Assembly (NCBI GenBank): GCA_010015805.1
Contig: ML978127.1
Coordinates: 620,001 to 684,000, forward strand
DNA from: Rhizodiscina lignyota
Taxonomy: Eukaryota
Direction: 5' to 3'
Length of the DNA stretch: 64,000 nt
Position numbers and translations under genes: made by a program. Numbering within the stretch: the stretch's first letter is position 1; every line of letters begins with the position of its first letter. This document shows positions 48,364 to 62,304 of the stretch, in pieces. A model generated the notes under the pieces. That model was not told the origin of the DNA. It saw only the letters and a program-made list of their open reading frames with translations, and searched no databases.

Positions 48364-49165
48364 TCATTCATCTGGCCAACCACCGCATGGACACTCTGGG
48401 CCGCAATCAAGCGGCTTGCTTGGATCGTAGGCCTCGTAGGAGTAATCACTCCACTCGTCCTCCGTATCCTCATCGCTTGCCACCGCTTCCGCCTTCTCCG
48501 CCGCCTCCTCGACCTTCTCATCGCCGGCATCGATCCTCTTGAAGCCTGCTGCTGGCTTGCCCGTCTCTTCCACACCATCGCTCACTGGAGTGAATGCGCT
48601 CTTGAAACCAGCCTTCGTGAAGCCAGCTCCCGCTTTGCTTGTTCCAGAGGTTGCGATCTTGATCGGCTTGATTGCGAGAAGACCGGCCTTCTCGTCAGCC
48701 TTGCGCTCGGCGCGCCTGGCCTTCTCTGCGGCGTTGGGGTCTCTCTGCATCCGCTTCATAGCTGTCAAGCGCTGTATGAGTTCAGCGAGATCCTAGGAGT
48801 AGTAAAACTGATAGTGACAAGTGTGTTTCAATGTTCGACTTACTTTCTTGTGCTGGTGGTCATACGAGGACTCGTGTTGCTCGAACTCTGTGCTGCGACT
48901 GTAGCCCTTATTGCAAAGATTGCCTGCAAAACATTAGACCTTGAGGGGAGGGAAGACAGTGTAGTTTCCTACGTACAGTAGAAAGACTTGAGCGCCTCCT
49001 TTGCACTCTCCGTCTATGGATCAGTGTCAGTGTTTTTGGTTCCTTTTGACTGAATCTTAAGCGTAGGCCTTACAATAGGAGCCGGGTTTGTCGAGTAACG
49101 CTGCATGCAAGTTAGAAATGGAGGCACAGAAAGTAGTGATTGATTATATGACTTACTGGAGCCAT
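48364..49165 (-). CDS. Small single C2H2 (U1/matrin-like) zinc-finger protein resembling the GPATCH8/ZNF804 finger
   Basis: Four introns with very short 5' coding exons give MAPRYSTNPAPITESAKEALKSFYCNLCNKGYSRSTEFEQHESSYDHQHKKRL, followed by GFTKAGFKSAF and an acidic tail. Confidence 0.8.
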
Positions 49166-49427
49166 TTTGCAAGCTCGTATGTCGTAGGCCAAGGGTTTGA
49201 TGTTTTGGCCAAATTCAGTGGAGCATTGCTTGTTGTGATGCTAAGTGTTCGACGCGAGGCGAAGATTGAAAGTCGTTTATGGAGGCGCTAGGGCGAGGGT
49301 TAGGGTTTCCTCAGCCCACATTTGACATTTGCGGAATTTCAACCACCCCACACTCGAAACATTCAACCCATCCTCAACTTCCTTGCAAGACTACAACAGT
49401 CGAGGACAGTTGGAGGCCACAGCCAAA

Positions 49428-50980
49428 ATGAGCTTACGACAGGCGCAGCCTTTTCAGAATGGTAGCGCCCCTGCGCGCGCCATCGCTGACGACGAGTCCG
49501 ACGCAGAAGAAGACGCCCTCGTGCAGGACTACCGAGAACAAGTGCAATACGACCAAGATGGGCTGGAGGACCTGAATCGGACAATATCCGCACAGGCTGG
49601 CTCGAACGAGGGTATCTTTCAGCAGTTGGGAAATGCTGCTCTGCCGTTGGACTTTCAGGCGACCCTCGACACAAAGATCTCGAGCTATTACAACTACTGC
49701 GACCTCTTCCACTTCCTCCTAAACACCGCTGGCCCGCTCGACGTAGAGCCTCCAAATGTGTGTTGCTCTTACAATCCCTTGTGCGATGTCTTACTAATAT
49801 AGATACAGTACTACTGGGCGTGGGACGTCATCGACGAATTCATCTACCAGTTCAACAGCTTCTGCAGCTATCGTCAACGGCTTGCTCTAAAGCGCGATAA
49901 CACCGAGGAGGTTCAGGTGATGCGGGACAAGCAAGATGTCTGGGCGTGCTACAGTGTCCTCAACGTTCTATACTCGTTGATTCAGAAGTCGCAGATTACG
50001 GAACAGCTAGCGGCACAGAAGCGCGGAGAAGATGCGGCAGCTTATGCCGGCGATTACGGCTCACGTCCGCTATACAAGATGCTTGGATACTTTTCCATCA
50101 TCGGCCTCCTGCGAGTGCATTGCCTCCTGGGTGACTACAGCCTTGCGTTGAAGACCCTCGACGACATCGAGCTGAGCAAGAAAGCTATGTTCGCAAGAGT
50201 CATGGCTGCCCACTTTACCACATATTATTACGTGGGCTTCTCATACATGATGATGAGGAGATATGCAGACGCTATCCGCATGTTTCAGCACATCCTCATC
50301 TACGTGTCGAGGACGAAGAACTTCCAGAAGAACCCCGCACAGTACGATTCCATAACGAAGAAGAACGACCAGATGTACGCATTGATCGCCATCTGCGTCG
50401 CTTTCCAGCCGACTCGGCTCGACGACACCGTTCACACTGCAATCCGAGAAAAGTTCGGAGAGCAGTTCAACCGCATCCAGAGGGGTGGCCCAGAGGCTCT
50501 CCCCATCTTTGAGGAGCTTTTCCGCCTCGCTTGCCCAAAATTCATCACTCCTACTCCGCCAGACTATGATAATCCAGAAGTTAACGTCGACCCCATTGAT
50601 CACCAGCTGGCCATCTTCATGGAAGAGGTCAAGATAAACATGTGGTCACCAACGCTCAAGAGCTATCTTAAGCTCTACACCACCATGGATTTGAAGAAGC
50701 TCGCAAACTTCCTAGAAGTGGAGCCAGACAAGCTGAGGAGTCGGCTGCTAGTCAACAAGCAGCGGAGCCGACAGACAAGATGGAGCGAGGGTGGATTGTT
50801 GGACGGCGAGATCACCAATACTAACGATCTCGACTACGCAATTCAAGGGGTAAGTGCTCTCATCGACAATTTAGGTACTAGAGTTTGACACTTCTACAGG
50901 ACCTCATCCATGTTTCCGAAGCAAAGGTTGGACGCAGACTGGTGGACTGGTATCTGCGCAACTTGGCAAGGACGTATTAG
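49428..50980 (+). CDS. Eukaryotic translation initiation factor 3 subunit L (Paf67)
   Basis: YWAWDVIDEFIYQF, LYKMLGYFSIIGLLRVHCLLGDY, YYYVGFSYMMMRRYADAIR and LKSYLKLYTTM. Two introns. Confidence 0.95.
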
Positions 50981-51445
50981 GTCATGCCTCCCTCAAGCTT
51001 CTCCAATTCATGCATGCATTTAACTGGTGGTGGTTGGAGTTTGGTGGGCTTTCGTCCCCAAGGATGAAAATTACGGGAACATTGTATCGGCATACCTTAG
51101 GAAAATAGCGTGAGCCATTGAGATGCATACTCTGAATTCAAGAAAAGCAAGGCAATTTGCCTGCTCAAGGTTTCATTGATAACTGTGTGTTCAAGCCTAC
51201 TGGCATTCCTCCCCCTCATTACTCCACAAGCGCAGGGGAGATGCCTGCACCACTCCGTAGCTCGAACCACAACCCTGAAAGAAGCTCGCGACAACAATCG
51301 TACAAACAAATTGCAACGTGGACGATGGTGATGTAGCTGCCTAATTCTGTCTCTGCTCCAGCTTCCCTCCTACGAGGAGGATTTTCGCAGCAATCAGTCT
51401 CTCAGGCACGAACCTCCGCTACTCCCAGCGTCCCTCAAATGCAAT

Positions 51446-52480
51446 ATGGCACCGGACCTCAACTCTGTGCCTCCTTCGCCTCGAAATCTCCTCAGTAACA
51501 ACAATGCCTCTACACCACGCGGTCCATCACGTCAGAACTCAACAGGCCCCGGTACTACAATGGCAACCTCGCAAGGAGCATCGTCCGGTTCCGCCAACAC
51601 CTCTCGTCGAGCCTCTCAGATATTCCCCATGAGTCCTCCGCCTCTACCGCTCGCCTCTCCAGGTGGTGCTATTCCTCCCGCTCAGCAAACACCGTCACAT
51701 CAGCACCAGCCATTTCCTCCTCTGAGCCCCTTGATCACGAGTGGGAATAGCTTCGGAGGCTCAAGCGGAGAAGGCACAGGTGTGCCGATGAGACATCCAC
51801 GCCCATTGACGGCGGCCGAGCTACACCTGGAACTCGAGAAGGAGCAGGAAGCTGTCGTAAGTTTTCACCTACAGCTGAAGCAATTCTCTAGGTTTCCCTG
51901 CGACATCACTGTGGAGTACTAAGGAGGCTCATGCTAACCGTTTCAACCACAGGTCAACCGTCTAACCCGCGAACTTACCGCTCTCCGTGCACATTCCGCT
52001 TCCGTCGCTTCTACCGCATCGTCAACCTCTACCGCACCCAATCCTTCAGACGCGCAATCGCAGTCTCAGTACCCAACTCCAGCTCGCCGACACCGCAGCA
52101 GCTCTTCCGTCTCACGCGGCAGCTTCAGCCATGCCATACCGCTCAACGCCGCTACTGTGGGCATACCGCACTATCACCGTCCAAGTCTTTCGGGCACAAG
52201 AGAGGGACATGCTGAAGCTCCTGCAGGACCAGGCATCTCGAGGACTGTATCAGCAGCAAGCGGGGTGAGCACGGCGAGATATGAAGAGGCAGCTCAGGCG
52301 AGGATGGAGCTGGAGGAGGCGAAGAAGGAGAACGAGGCGCTGAGGCAGAGGGTCAGGGAGCTGGAGGGCCTGTTGAGGGGAAGACGGGAAGGTACGACAG
52401 AAAGCAATGTTGGAGGTGAAGCGGAGAGGGGAGAGGGCCAGAGTGGTGAAGTGACGGCGTCTGGATTGTCTTCTGGTTAA
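51446..52480 (+). CDS. Conserved fungal hypothetical protein, Ser/Pro-rich with two coiled coils
   Basis: Intron 51857..51952 gives RHPRPLTAAELHLELEKEQEAVVNRLTRELTALR, and a C-terminal coiled coil ELEEAKKENEALRQRVRELE. Confidence 0.8.
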
Positions 52481-53158
52481 AGAAGTCCCGGGGTCTGGGG
52501 GATGTGGCGTTAAGTTCGGTACTTTCACGATGGCGTTTTGGGAACGGATCGTATGGCGTCTGCGTCTCGATGCAGGTCCGATATGGTAACGCTGCGTGTA
52601 AGCCCGATGATAAGCTTGCACAAATTTGGTTGACTCTTGAAGTCCTCTCTTGTCAATTAGGTTCAACATCACAGATCAGTTTGTGAAGGCCACCTCCCGA
52701 ATCTCAAAGTGAGGCAAGGGATAAGGAACCTTGGATATGTGAGCTCGAGCATCAAGTGATGGTATGCTGCTCATTAAGTGAATCAATAAAACGTTCAAGA
52801 ATGGATTTTTGAGCACCAGGTGTGAATTGATCCCAAAGTGTATCTACACAATTGATCCGTCGATCACATTTCACCACCAACGTCCAAACGCACCCTCATT
52901 GCGCATCCACAACTTGTCCCCTGCAGTACATTCGATAATCGTTTCTCGCTGCTGACCAACCGTCCATGATAACGCCCGCAACTGCCGCCGCCACTGCTGT
53001 CGTCGACAGAAGGATGCAATTAACGCTCAGAGACACAATTAAAGAGACTGATTCGCTCGGGGGGGATCTAGTTACGGAAAGACAGACACATAAAAGGGAA
53101 AGAGACATTCGCCTCAAGGATCGACTGCTCTACAGCTGCGGAATAGTTCCAAAGACCT

Positions 53159-56100
53159 TTAAGCGGTAGAGGTTGCGGTGTGTCCGTTCGGCGCGGCGGC
53201 CGCTTGCTGAGCCTGCTGTTGCAAAGCTTGCTGTTGTTGCGCAGCAATGGCATCCGCTTGGTGAACAGCATTCTGAATGACCTGCTGCTCCTCCGGATTC
53301 AGGTTCTTCGTCAGGTTCTCGTACAGCTGAGGCTGCTCATGTTGGAGCTCTACACATGTTGGTTAGGATAGCTTCAGCACAACATTCCGCTCAAGGTACA
53401 TACTAAGAAGTGCCGTCTTAAACAGCATATAGGGCTCCAGCTTGTCAAGTGGCGTTTCAAGCAGGCTCTCCTCTTCCAAGTCATCGTCGTCCTCGTCTTC
53501 CGATACCGCGGCGAATTTCTGCGCCTTTTGAATCTATTGTCAGTTCGGCACTGCTTCTCTAGTTATCGAAAGGAGTTCTTACCTCCTCCTGCAGGAATTC
53601 GAGGTATGCTGAGCTCTCGTCTTTGACATCTTCAGCCTCATCGTTGTCATTCTCCCATTCGCCTTCGCCTTCCCACTCTTCTTCCTCGTCATCAAATTCG
53701 TTGTTGAGGTCAAAACTGTCCTCTTTCTTCGCCTCCTCACGATTCTTCAGTGCTGCAGGCAGAGTTTGGAACAGCCGCACAATGCCCTGCAGTAGTCTTG
53801 GCCAGCCCTGCTGAACGCTAATCGGTACATCCTCCGCCCTCAACGTCAACAAGCTCGTGATTGCCGCGATGGATAACGTCTTATCATGCACTCTCGTGAA
53901 GCCGTCGATGTTCGAGAACCACAGGCTGAAGAACTTGTTCGTCCAGCCATTAGCCTCTAGTATAGCCAGAGCAACCTGCGGGTTAAGGTACAGAGTGTTG
54001 ACCACCATTTCCATCAAGTGGATCTTGTAGCTCTTGACCTTCGGCTCATCACTTGTAAGGTGTTGCATGGCGAGTTGGATAAACTCTGGTATGTAACTGT
54101 CAGCATACCCACTTAGGCAGAGCATGATAACCTCAGCAAGCTTGCAGCCGCAGATTCGGTCAACTCCTCCGACCTTCTCATCGTTGAATATGGTGCGGAT
54201 CATATCGACGAGCGCCTCCAGGTAAGATGGATTCGCCATGAGGGTATCAGTACCAAACGTCACATAGTTCTCAAGGGCTGGAAGCATGTCCTCCAGGTAG
54301 AGTTCTGCGCCGGCCTTGAAGGTGGTATGGATAAGCTCAAAGGCTTGCCACATTGTCGGTGAAATCGTCTTTGCAGCAAATGTGCAGCTGTCGATGATCT
54401 CAAAGACCTCGTTGTACAGATCGTACAGTTTGTTCTCAAGTGTGATCTTGATGACAGGGGTCAGAACTTGCTCTAGATGCAGCAGAACGTCAGGCGTGCT
54501 CTCGAGAGTCAGTATGAGCGTTCCTATCGTCTGCAAGACGCCAAGAGCAGTGATGCTCTTATCGTCAAGGAAATCAACAAAGCCATCCTCATCATCCCTC
54601 TGCTGGTTGCGCTCGAGTAGCTCTCGCACAATACGGAGATAAGTGTCTCGTAGTTGCTCACTGAGAGCGACGGCGAAAGGCGTCAGCTCAGGAGCAAAGA
54701 CCTCGACAAAGTCTTCCATGACATTTGCAAGCGCATCCACGTCTACCTCGTTCGCGAGCTTAAGAAGTTGCTGCATAATTTGCGGGATATTCTGCTGCAT
54801 CGACACACGTATAACCTCGTGTCGAATCAGTGGCTGCAGTGCAAGCGCTGCTTCGACTCTCACTGGAAGTTCAGGATCGGCCATAGATTCGAGAATGTTG
54901 CGGTAGATGAGGATTAGGTTGTTTGAATCCTTGAAATCGAGTCTCTCAAACTTCTCCAGGGTGTCGCAAGCTCTCGCACGGAGAAACCCATGTGGACTGC
55001 GAAACTCTGGGAAGACGTGCTGGACGAAGAAGAACTCAACCTGGTCCGCAATGGGACTCTTCTTGCTGAGAATGACCGGCGCAAGCGTTCCAATCATCCT
55101 TAGCGCACCTTCTTTCTCGCGGGGATCCTTCTGATCAGCTGGAGCACTATCATATTTGTTGACAATGCCATTGATGAAGTTCAGAATGGTGAAGGTTTGC
55201 TTGCGCCGGCTCTTAGTCAGGGTGACCAGGAAATTGGTTGCAGCGACATCTGGAGCTGAAACTTCCTCATAGAAGTTTAACTTGCGATGCAAGTACTCCT
55301 GGGGATCCGTCTCGAACAGCTCTATGTCATCGTCTGTCTGGCAGAGCACAGGGAAGATCAAGTGCTGAATGAGAATATCCATGTGTGGCTTCAGATGGTG
55401 CCACATGGATTTCGGGCTGATGCACTCGTCCAGAAATGTGAGGGTGTATGACAGGCAACCCTTACTTAGCCACGCAGTCTTGGCAACCCACTTCTCGATT
55501 TCCCGCAGATAGAATTCGAGGATTTTGGGAGCGAAATTCGCGATGAAGTTCTTTGCAACTTCGGTATAGTCTGCGTCGCTGCCCTTCGTGATGGTTGAAG
55601 GGTTGCCGTAGCTAGACAACGCGTTAGATTTGGACATAATTTGTATGAATAGCGCATGATATACCGAACAAAAAGCCTGTTCAGATTCGCATACGCCCAT
55701 TTCTTTGCCTTCCACCAATGGTTCGTCTCGCGCTCATCAATCTCCTCTAACATGGAGGACGGAGGTGCCTCTTTCGCCACGATGTTCAGGAATAGAGTAC
55801 ACCAGCCCACCATTTGAGCCTGCTGTCGCAGATGCGGGGGAAGTTCGAACTGCTTCCAAGTTAGCTACGTCCTGGCCACCGCAGATGTTGCACCTACGTA
55901 TATCGCATGCTTGTACACTTTCATGACCATCCGCAATATTTCTCCAGCTTCCAAGCTCGTCTCTGGCACCAATCGATTGCCAATGTCCAGCAGCTGTGGG
56001 AAACTCACAGCAACGACCCTGTCGAACTCGGTTCGAGTTTCGCCGGCCTTGAATCTGTACACCTTGCATATTGCCAACAAGCATTGGACTCCCGCAAAAA

Positions 56101-56654
56101 CTGAGCCTGCATCCTGCGACCTCAACAGCTGCATTGTGATATCCAGAAAATCTGGCCATCGTTGGGGAAAATCGTAGGAGAGGATCTTGTGGAGGGTTGG
56201 GATGAGCTGGACGCGAATTTGTGGTGGTGAAACGACGAGCGTAGGAATGAGGCGGCTCCTCAAGCCAGGTCTCTCGTCTTCTGGAATCGGCTTCGCTTGC
56301 GTGTGGTCTTCGACCGGTGCCCAACCCTTGGTGATGCGATTCTTGAGATACACGACCGCTGCCCTTAGTTAGGAATCTATTTGCAGGCGTATGCCCATTG
56401 AAGCGAATTAGGCTACCACATACTTGACAGGCGCACGCCAGCATCTTGCTCACGCTCTAAGATGTTCAATAACGCGTCGGTGAATCCGGGCTTGTCCTCC
56501 GCCTGTCAGCAACTCGTTAGCTTGCCCGATTCCAGTGATGTCACGCGTAGGTAGCTCGGCATACGAATTTGAGGTCGAGCTCAGCCTGCCGGCGAATGTC
56601 CGCGTTGTTATCGAGCGTTGCTCGAATGCGATCGCGCAACACCGCGACATCCAT
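53159..56654 (-). CDS. NMD5: Importin-7/8-like karyopherin Nmd5
   Basis: IBN_N start (ATLDNNADIRRQAELDLK, VYLKNR), WWKAKKWAYANLNRLF, FLRARAC and acidic C-terminal loop. Several introns. Confidence 0.93.
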
Positions 56655-57449
56655 GACGGAGATGTTGACTTCTCGAGTATTGGATGAAACGTGATGGATA
56701 ATAGTGTGTGCGTGGAGACAGTCAAAGCTTGCTATGCAAGAGTTTTGCGATTAGCTGGACGCCCATGAAGCGTGCAAAAGGCCGATAGGAAAGATTGAAG
56801 CTTGGTGAATGTGGGGGATGGAATAATTTTGGAGTTGTTAGTCAAAGCACTCCAGCTTTCCAAGGGCACTGCACGCTAAAATGTGGCGCGCCAAGGCTTT
56901 CGCTCGCATGCCAGAAACGTGGAAAAGGACTGCCTTATAATGTCGGCCTCACTCTTGTCCGACGTGCTGCCCTGGCTGTGTTTTCCTCCTCAAATAACCT
57001 CAGTAAGATATGACGAAGTCTCTGCTCCCGCTCGAACTGCCGTCTAGCTACCATACGCTGTTAGATGTGGCGGAAGCAGCCGCAGTCTCAGTCGTAGTGG
57101 TGACCACCTATTACCGGTCTCAACAGGCACGAAGTGGAAGCCTTCGACATTAAATAAACTCTTGCTAGGTTTCTAGGAAATGATGATGGAGAGACTTTTA
57201 TTGATAGCACACATGGCGAGGGATGCACTTCAGAGGCCATCTGTCTATTACTGTTGACCCTGCTAGTTGTCTATCTTCTAGAAGCTTCATCACATGCTTG
57301 CTTCCCCAGACGGACTGCCACAGATTGCCGACTTCTCATCCATCAGACACTGATACTGGGCCCCCAAAACAAACACCCGCTTGTAGGCATCCGTCCATGG
57401 CCGCTTTAAGGGCTCTACGTGATTTCCTGATGCATGTACTGTAGATGAA

Positions 57450-60400
57450 CTACATGTACAATGATGCCTGGTGCATTGTCAGCGTGTTTCGAAAGGCATG
57501 CAATGCAATGCAATGCAACTTGACTTACTGTGGCGCATATATCCCTCTTAATCATCTCTTGGCATGTTTGCATCTTCTGATACAGCATGGGGTCGCCAAT
57601 GATCCGTGCGGCGTTCTTCACCTCCCTACAGGTCTCATCAAGGCGTGTGATGACCCTCACGATTGATCCCTCTTGCACATCTGTAATATCAGTGATGCGG
57701 TTGAAGGACATTCCCTTTGCCCATTCGTACACAACTTCGACCATGCCGAATTTGGGACGACTGACAAAGTCATTCGAGTCGTCCGAAGACAGAATGACTT
57801 GGTAGAATGTCTGTATCTGGTTGACATTCTCGGAGATCTCGATGATTTTATCTCGTCCACGCTCCAGACTCGCTGTTAGTGTCGGGTCGACATCCGTCTT
57901 TTCTTGGAACACAAATGCTGAGAGCAGAGCTACAATCTCCTCTGGCTCGTAGTCGGCAAGAACATTCTCAAGCACCAGCTCCGTCAGGACCAGCTCGTCC
58001 GCAGTGTGAACTTCGCAGGCGACTTTGCCCTTCAATTCGACCCGGGAGTTCTCGTCAATGAACCCCAACCTCTTCAAAACCTGGATGCGCTGCTCATAGT
58101 CCGGAAGAAGTTGTAGATTTTGGTCGGACATCAATTGCCGTAGCTGTGTGATGTTCTCCTTAATCAGCCATTCGTCGTGCTGCATTGTATAGTGCTGCGG
58201 GAACTCCGGACATGAAAGGCATTTGCCCTTCTCGGCTTGCTCCGCAGCTTTAGATCGCGCGTCCAAGACGTTGCGGAAGGCCATATCCTTTATCTTCTTC
58301 CAGTCCAGTTCTTCCCAGTCACTATAATTCCATGACTTTAACATGGGGATGAAGTCATTTTCTGCAATCTTCTTCCCCAATTCCTTATTGTGCAGAGTTT
58401 TGAGAGGTGAATCAACCTTAATGACGGTTCTCGTAAGACATTCAATATCTCGCACCGGTACCACGGCAATACTGTACTTCAAGTCTTTTAATGTCTTCGG
58501 CAGCGAAGCAAACCAGCGGGCATAAGATGCAAGGTATGGCATAGCATCACTTGGTTCCCGCTTCTTGTTCCTGCTGATTTCGATCACTGGAACAGACGGA
58601 TCCGCACCGGGACGTGTGCCAGCGACTCCCTCTTGGATAAGCATACCCATGGAACGAATGCCATCTCGCTTGTAGACGATTATTCGATTGGGACAGAACA
58701 TGCGCCTGCCGACAGGGTTGCTGAGAGCAGCGATGTGCAGATCGGCGGTAAGGCGTAGGTAGTCCATGCAAGCTTGGTGAGCTTGGTCCAGGTCAATGTC
58801 GCAGATATCACAAGGCCCTCGCTTGAATCTCTCAAGATCGGCTTCTGACAGCTTCACCTGCTTCTCGTGCTCAGGAAGAAGAGCCTGAGCAGCATTCTCG
58901 CTGAAGCTTCGCTTGATCATCTCCTCGATCTTAAGCGCTTCGACGCGCAGAAGATTCAATATCATGTTATAAGTTAGCCTGAACTGGGAGCGAAGTTTTG
59001 TCGGGTCGCCAAGGACCATCTGTCGCAATCGTGGAATTGGCGGGGCTTCATCCGCTCCAGGCATGACGATGATGACGGAGCCCACAGGATCCAAGCCACG
59101 GCGACCCGCTCTACCAGCCATTTGGGTGTACTCGCCGGGAAGAAGATCTCTGAAGGATCTGCCATCGTGTTTGCGATAGCCAGAGAATACCACGGTGCGA
59201 GTAGGCAGATTCAAACCCATAGCGAAGGTTTCAGTGGCAAAAAGGATCTTGACAAGGCCCTTGGCGAAGAGAATCTCAACCACTTCCTTCACAATCGGAA
59301 GCATACCGCCATGGTGAACTGCTATGCCTCTGCTGAGCAACTCTCGGAGCCTCAGGATCTGAGGAAGAAGGCGGTCTTCTGGCTTTAGGCGAGCTATCGA
59401 TCTCTCGATAATCATATGGATTGCACTCTTCTCTACAGCTGTGCAGTAATCGATGTTAGATAGGGCGTCTGCATTTTCCTCGCAGCGCTTTTTGCTGAAG
59501 ACAAAAATGCATGCTGGCAGGAGCTCCTCTTTGCGCAGATGCTGTACAACCGTGATCCAGATATTCCGATCCTGAGCAGCAGTAGTACGGCCACCACCAC
59601 GGCCGGTCCGAGCGATATTTCCACGGGCTTGCTGATTAGATTGACCCCGTCCACCACCTCGTCCACCACCTTGTCCACCGCCCCTCTGACCTCCGCGCTG
59701 TCCTCCACCGCGTTGCTGATTGCCTCTCTGAGGTCCACCTCGCTGCTCTTGTCCGCGGCCACCTCTTCCCCCCCGTACGGCACCACTCTGTTCTCCGGTT
59801 GCAGGGGCTTTAACTTTATCCTTCCCGGTCATGATATCATTTGCGTCTTTCCAGCCTTTCTCAATGAAATGCTTCTCAGAGTCGACGATCTTATGCATCT
59901 CTTTGCCGGCCCATAAGTAATGTTCTAGTGGCACCGGGCGTTTAGGTGTTGATATGACATAAATGTCCTTCTTCTTCGTCCTGCCCACCCATGAAGCAAA
60001 CTCATGCGTGTTAGGGACAGTAGCAGATAGCAGAATAAGGGTAACATGTTCCGGCAGCATGATGATGACCTCTTCCCAGACGACTCCACGCTCCAGGTCA
60101 TTGACGTAGTGTACCTCGTCAAATATGACGAATTCGACATCACGTATCAAATCCGCACCACGGTACAGCATGCTGCGTAAGATCTCGGTGGTCATGATCA
60201 AGCAGCTTGCTTCAGGGCGGATTTGGACGTCTCCGGTGAGGATTCCAACGTCGTCAAAAGTGTTGCGGAAATCTCGAAATTTCTGGTTGCTGAGCGCTTT
60301 GATCGGAGACGTGTATATGGCCTTCGTCATGTGCTTGGCTGCCAGCGCTATCGCATACTCCGCAACAACAGTCTTACCAGCCGAAGTATGAGCCGCGACA

Positions 60401-61416
60401 AAGACGGAATCGCCGTTTTCAAGGTGATAGACGGCTTCCTTTTGGAACGTGTCGAGCTCGAACGGCCATTCTCGAGCCATGTCAGGAACAAGTTCTCGAA
60501 AGTTTGTGATATCCCGATTGATATCGACCATATGCGCCCATTCCCTGCCACCACGACGTGCTGAAGAGGCTGCCAGCTGACCTCGCGGTGCCAGCGCTGG
60601 GAACTCCACAGGTAGTAGGGCGTCAATATCCTCCTCGCTTGACGGTTCCTCATCTTCTTCAGGGCTCGTGGTCGCTCCATTAGCCACAATGCCGTTAACA
60701 TCCTCTGCATCAGCCGGCTCCGGCTCTTCCTGTAATTCTTTCTCAACACTCTCTGAATCTTCGGGCTCTGCTGCTGCCTTCTTCGTGAGATCGAGGCCTC
60801 TCTCAAAACCTGGTGCTATCTCCAGCAATCCCCCCTCGGTGCTGAAATTGATGACTCGTTCCAGTCCACTGCCAATCTTCATACCCTGGCCCTCGCTGTG
60901 CCTTATTGCCTCATCTTCCGCAGCAGCGATCGCCTCTACACCGTCTAGCCCACCCGGTGCGAATGGAAAGAAACCAGCAGCGCCTCTCACAAAATCCGCT
61001 CGATTCGCAGGCTTGCGTAATAGACTGGTTGAATTCTTCGCCGTCGCGCTATTAGCGGGAATTGTGATCTCCTTATATCCCGTTACCCGGCCTTCAAGAC
61101 CCTCGCGGTTGAAGCGGATGATTGTGCGGGTCTGTGTGGGCGCGAGCGAGAATAACTCTGTATAGTTTGATGGTGTCTCCCATCGTTGTTGAAGCTCATT
61201 GAGCCACGATGGAGAAAAAGTCGTGGACGGTGTGAGGAAGTCTTGCTCGAGCTCGCGGGCGAGATCAACTTTGGAGCGCTTTATGCGTTTGCGGGGACGT
61301 TGGAGGTACAGGAGAGGGTCTATCGAAGTGCTGTCTTTGATATTAAGGTTTTCGATTGCGGCTTGAACGGCTTGCAGTCCATCCCCAGCGGACGTTGGGT
61401 CCGTAGCCGACATCAT
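57450..61416 (-). CDS. SKI2: Ski2 DExH RNA helicase (exosome cofactor)
   Basis: AHTSAGKT, YTSPIKALSNQK, IFDEVHY, LSAT, ATETFAMG, QMAGRAGRRG and DSHCT C-terminus ending ATASLYM after one short intron. Confidence 0.97.
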
Positions 61417-61684
61417 AAAGTACGTGGTACTCAAGATGTGCCGCTGGGCAATATTGAAGGAAAGGTTGTGGATGTTGCAAATAGTTCGTGGATCATGCAA
61501 ATATAAGCTCGTTCGGCGAGGAGCACAACACGAACACTTGTACGCGAACTACACACAATGACGTATATCAAACAACAGCATCGATTGTCGTCGTACTAAT
61601 TTCTTTAATATTTAAAGAAATTCAACAGCGCGTTTAGCAAGGTTTCACACGTAGAAAGACATACTTTCAAAGTCTTGCAGTATC

Positions 61685-61921
61685 TCAAATCTGAGTTCTT
61701 TCATCCTTCAAATCGATCTTGACCTGCCCCACATTCTCAAGCCTCGAACGGACAGTACCTTGGAAATTCCATTTGAGTTTCACTCGATGCTTCTTCCTCA
61801 AGTGTTGACAAAGATGATCTCGTCGCCTGAAGCACCGGGACCTTGGTATTTCTCGCAGTAGTCCTATGGAAAACGCTTCTGTGGCTTTGGGAATCTCACG
61901 ATGGCGAGTTACATCCTGCAT
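61685..61921 (-). pseudogene. Decayed C2H2 zinc-finger gene fragment
   Basis: Across frameshifts the text reads MQDVTRHRE / QKRFP*DYCEKYQGPGA / FRRRDHLCQHLRKKH, a C2H2 finger with a stop codon where the first Cys is expected. Confidence 0.5.
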
Positions 61922-62304
61922 TCATCCTTATTGCGTCCCAAGTGAATGAGTGACGCACGAGTATTCAATTATTATCACCAGTATGGGCGTCTGATTCTCA
62001 CCTATACACATCTTCAATAACCAAGGATATTTAAGAGTGTCTTGACTGGAACAATCTCACGTAGAAGAGTGCGCTCTTGACTTTCTCCAATGATATCCAA
62101 AGTAATGTTTAGATCTTTCATCGACTAAGGCATTTGCTAAACAATGGTCAACATGAACTAAACAATGCCGCCTTCCGGCCGTGATGCAGGAACGGCACTC
62201 AGACGCAATCCCATTGCATGAGAGGACGGAAGTGCCCCCAAACAAAGACCTTGAACTCCATCGCTATGCTTTAAGCCCGAACCATGTACTCGTACCCCCG
62301 TCCC

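Noticed and set aside
49289..49308. TAGGGCGAGGGTTAGGGTTT telobox-like motif in the eIF3L/zinc-finger promoter
   Set aside because: Plausible Tbf1-type site, but a single short occurrence. Not an interstitial telomere.
57499..57518. (TGCAA)4 microsatellite in the last SKI2 intron
   Set aside because: Short simple repeat with no evident function.
59590..59790. RGG/Gln-rich insert in Ski2
   Set aside because: A known feature of Ski2 helicases, not novel.
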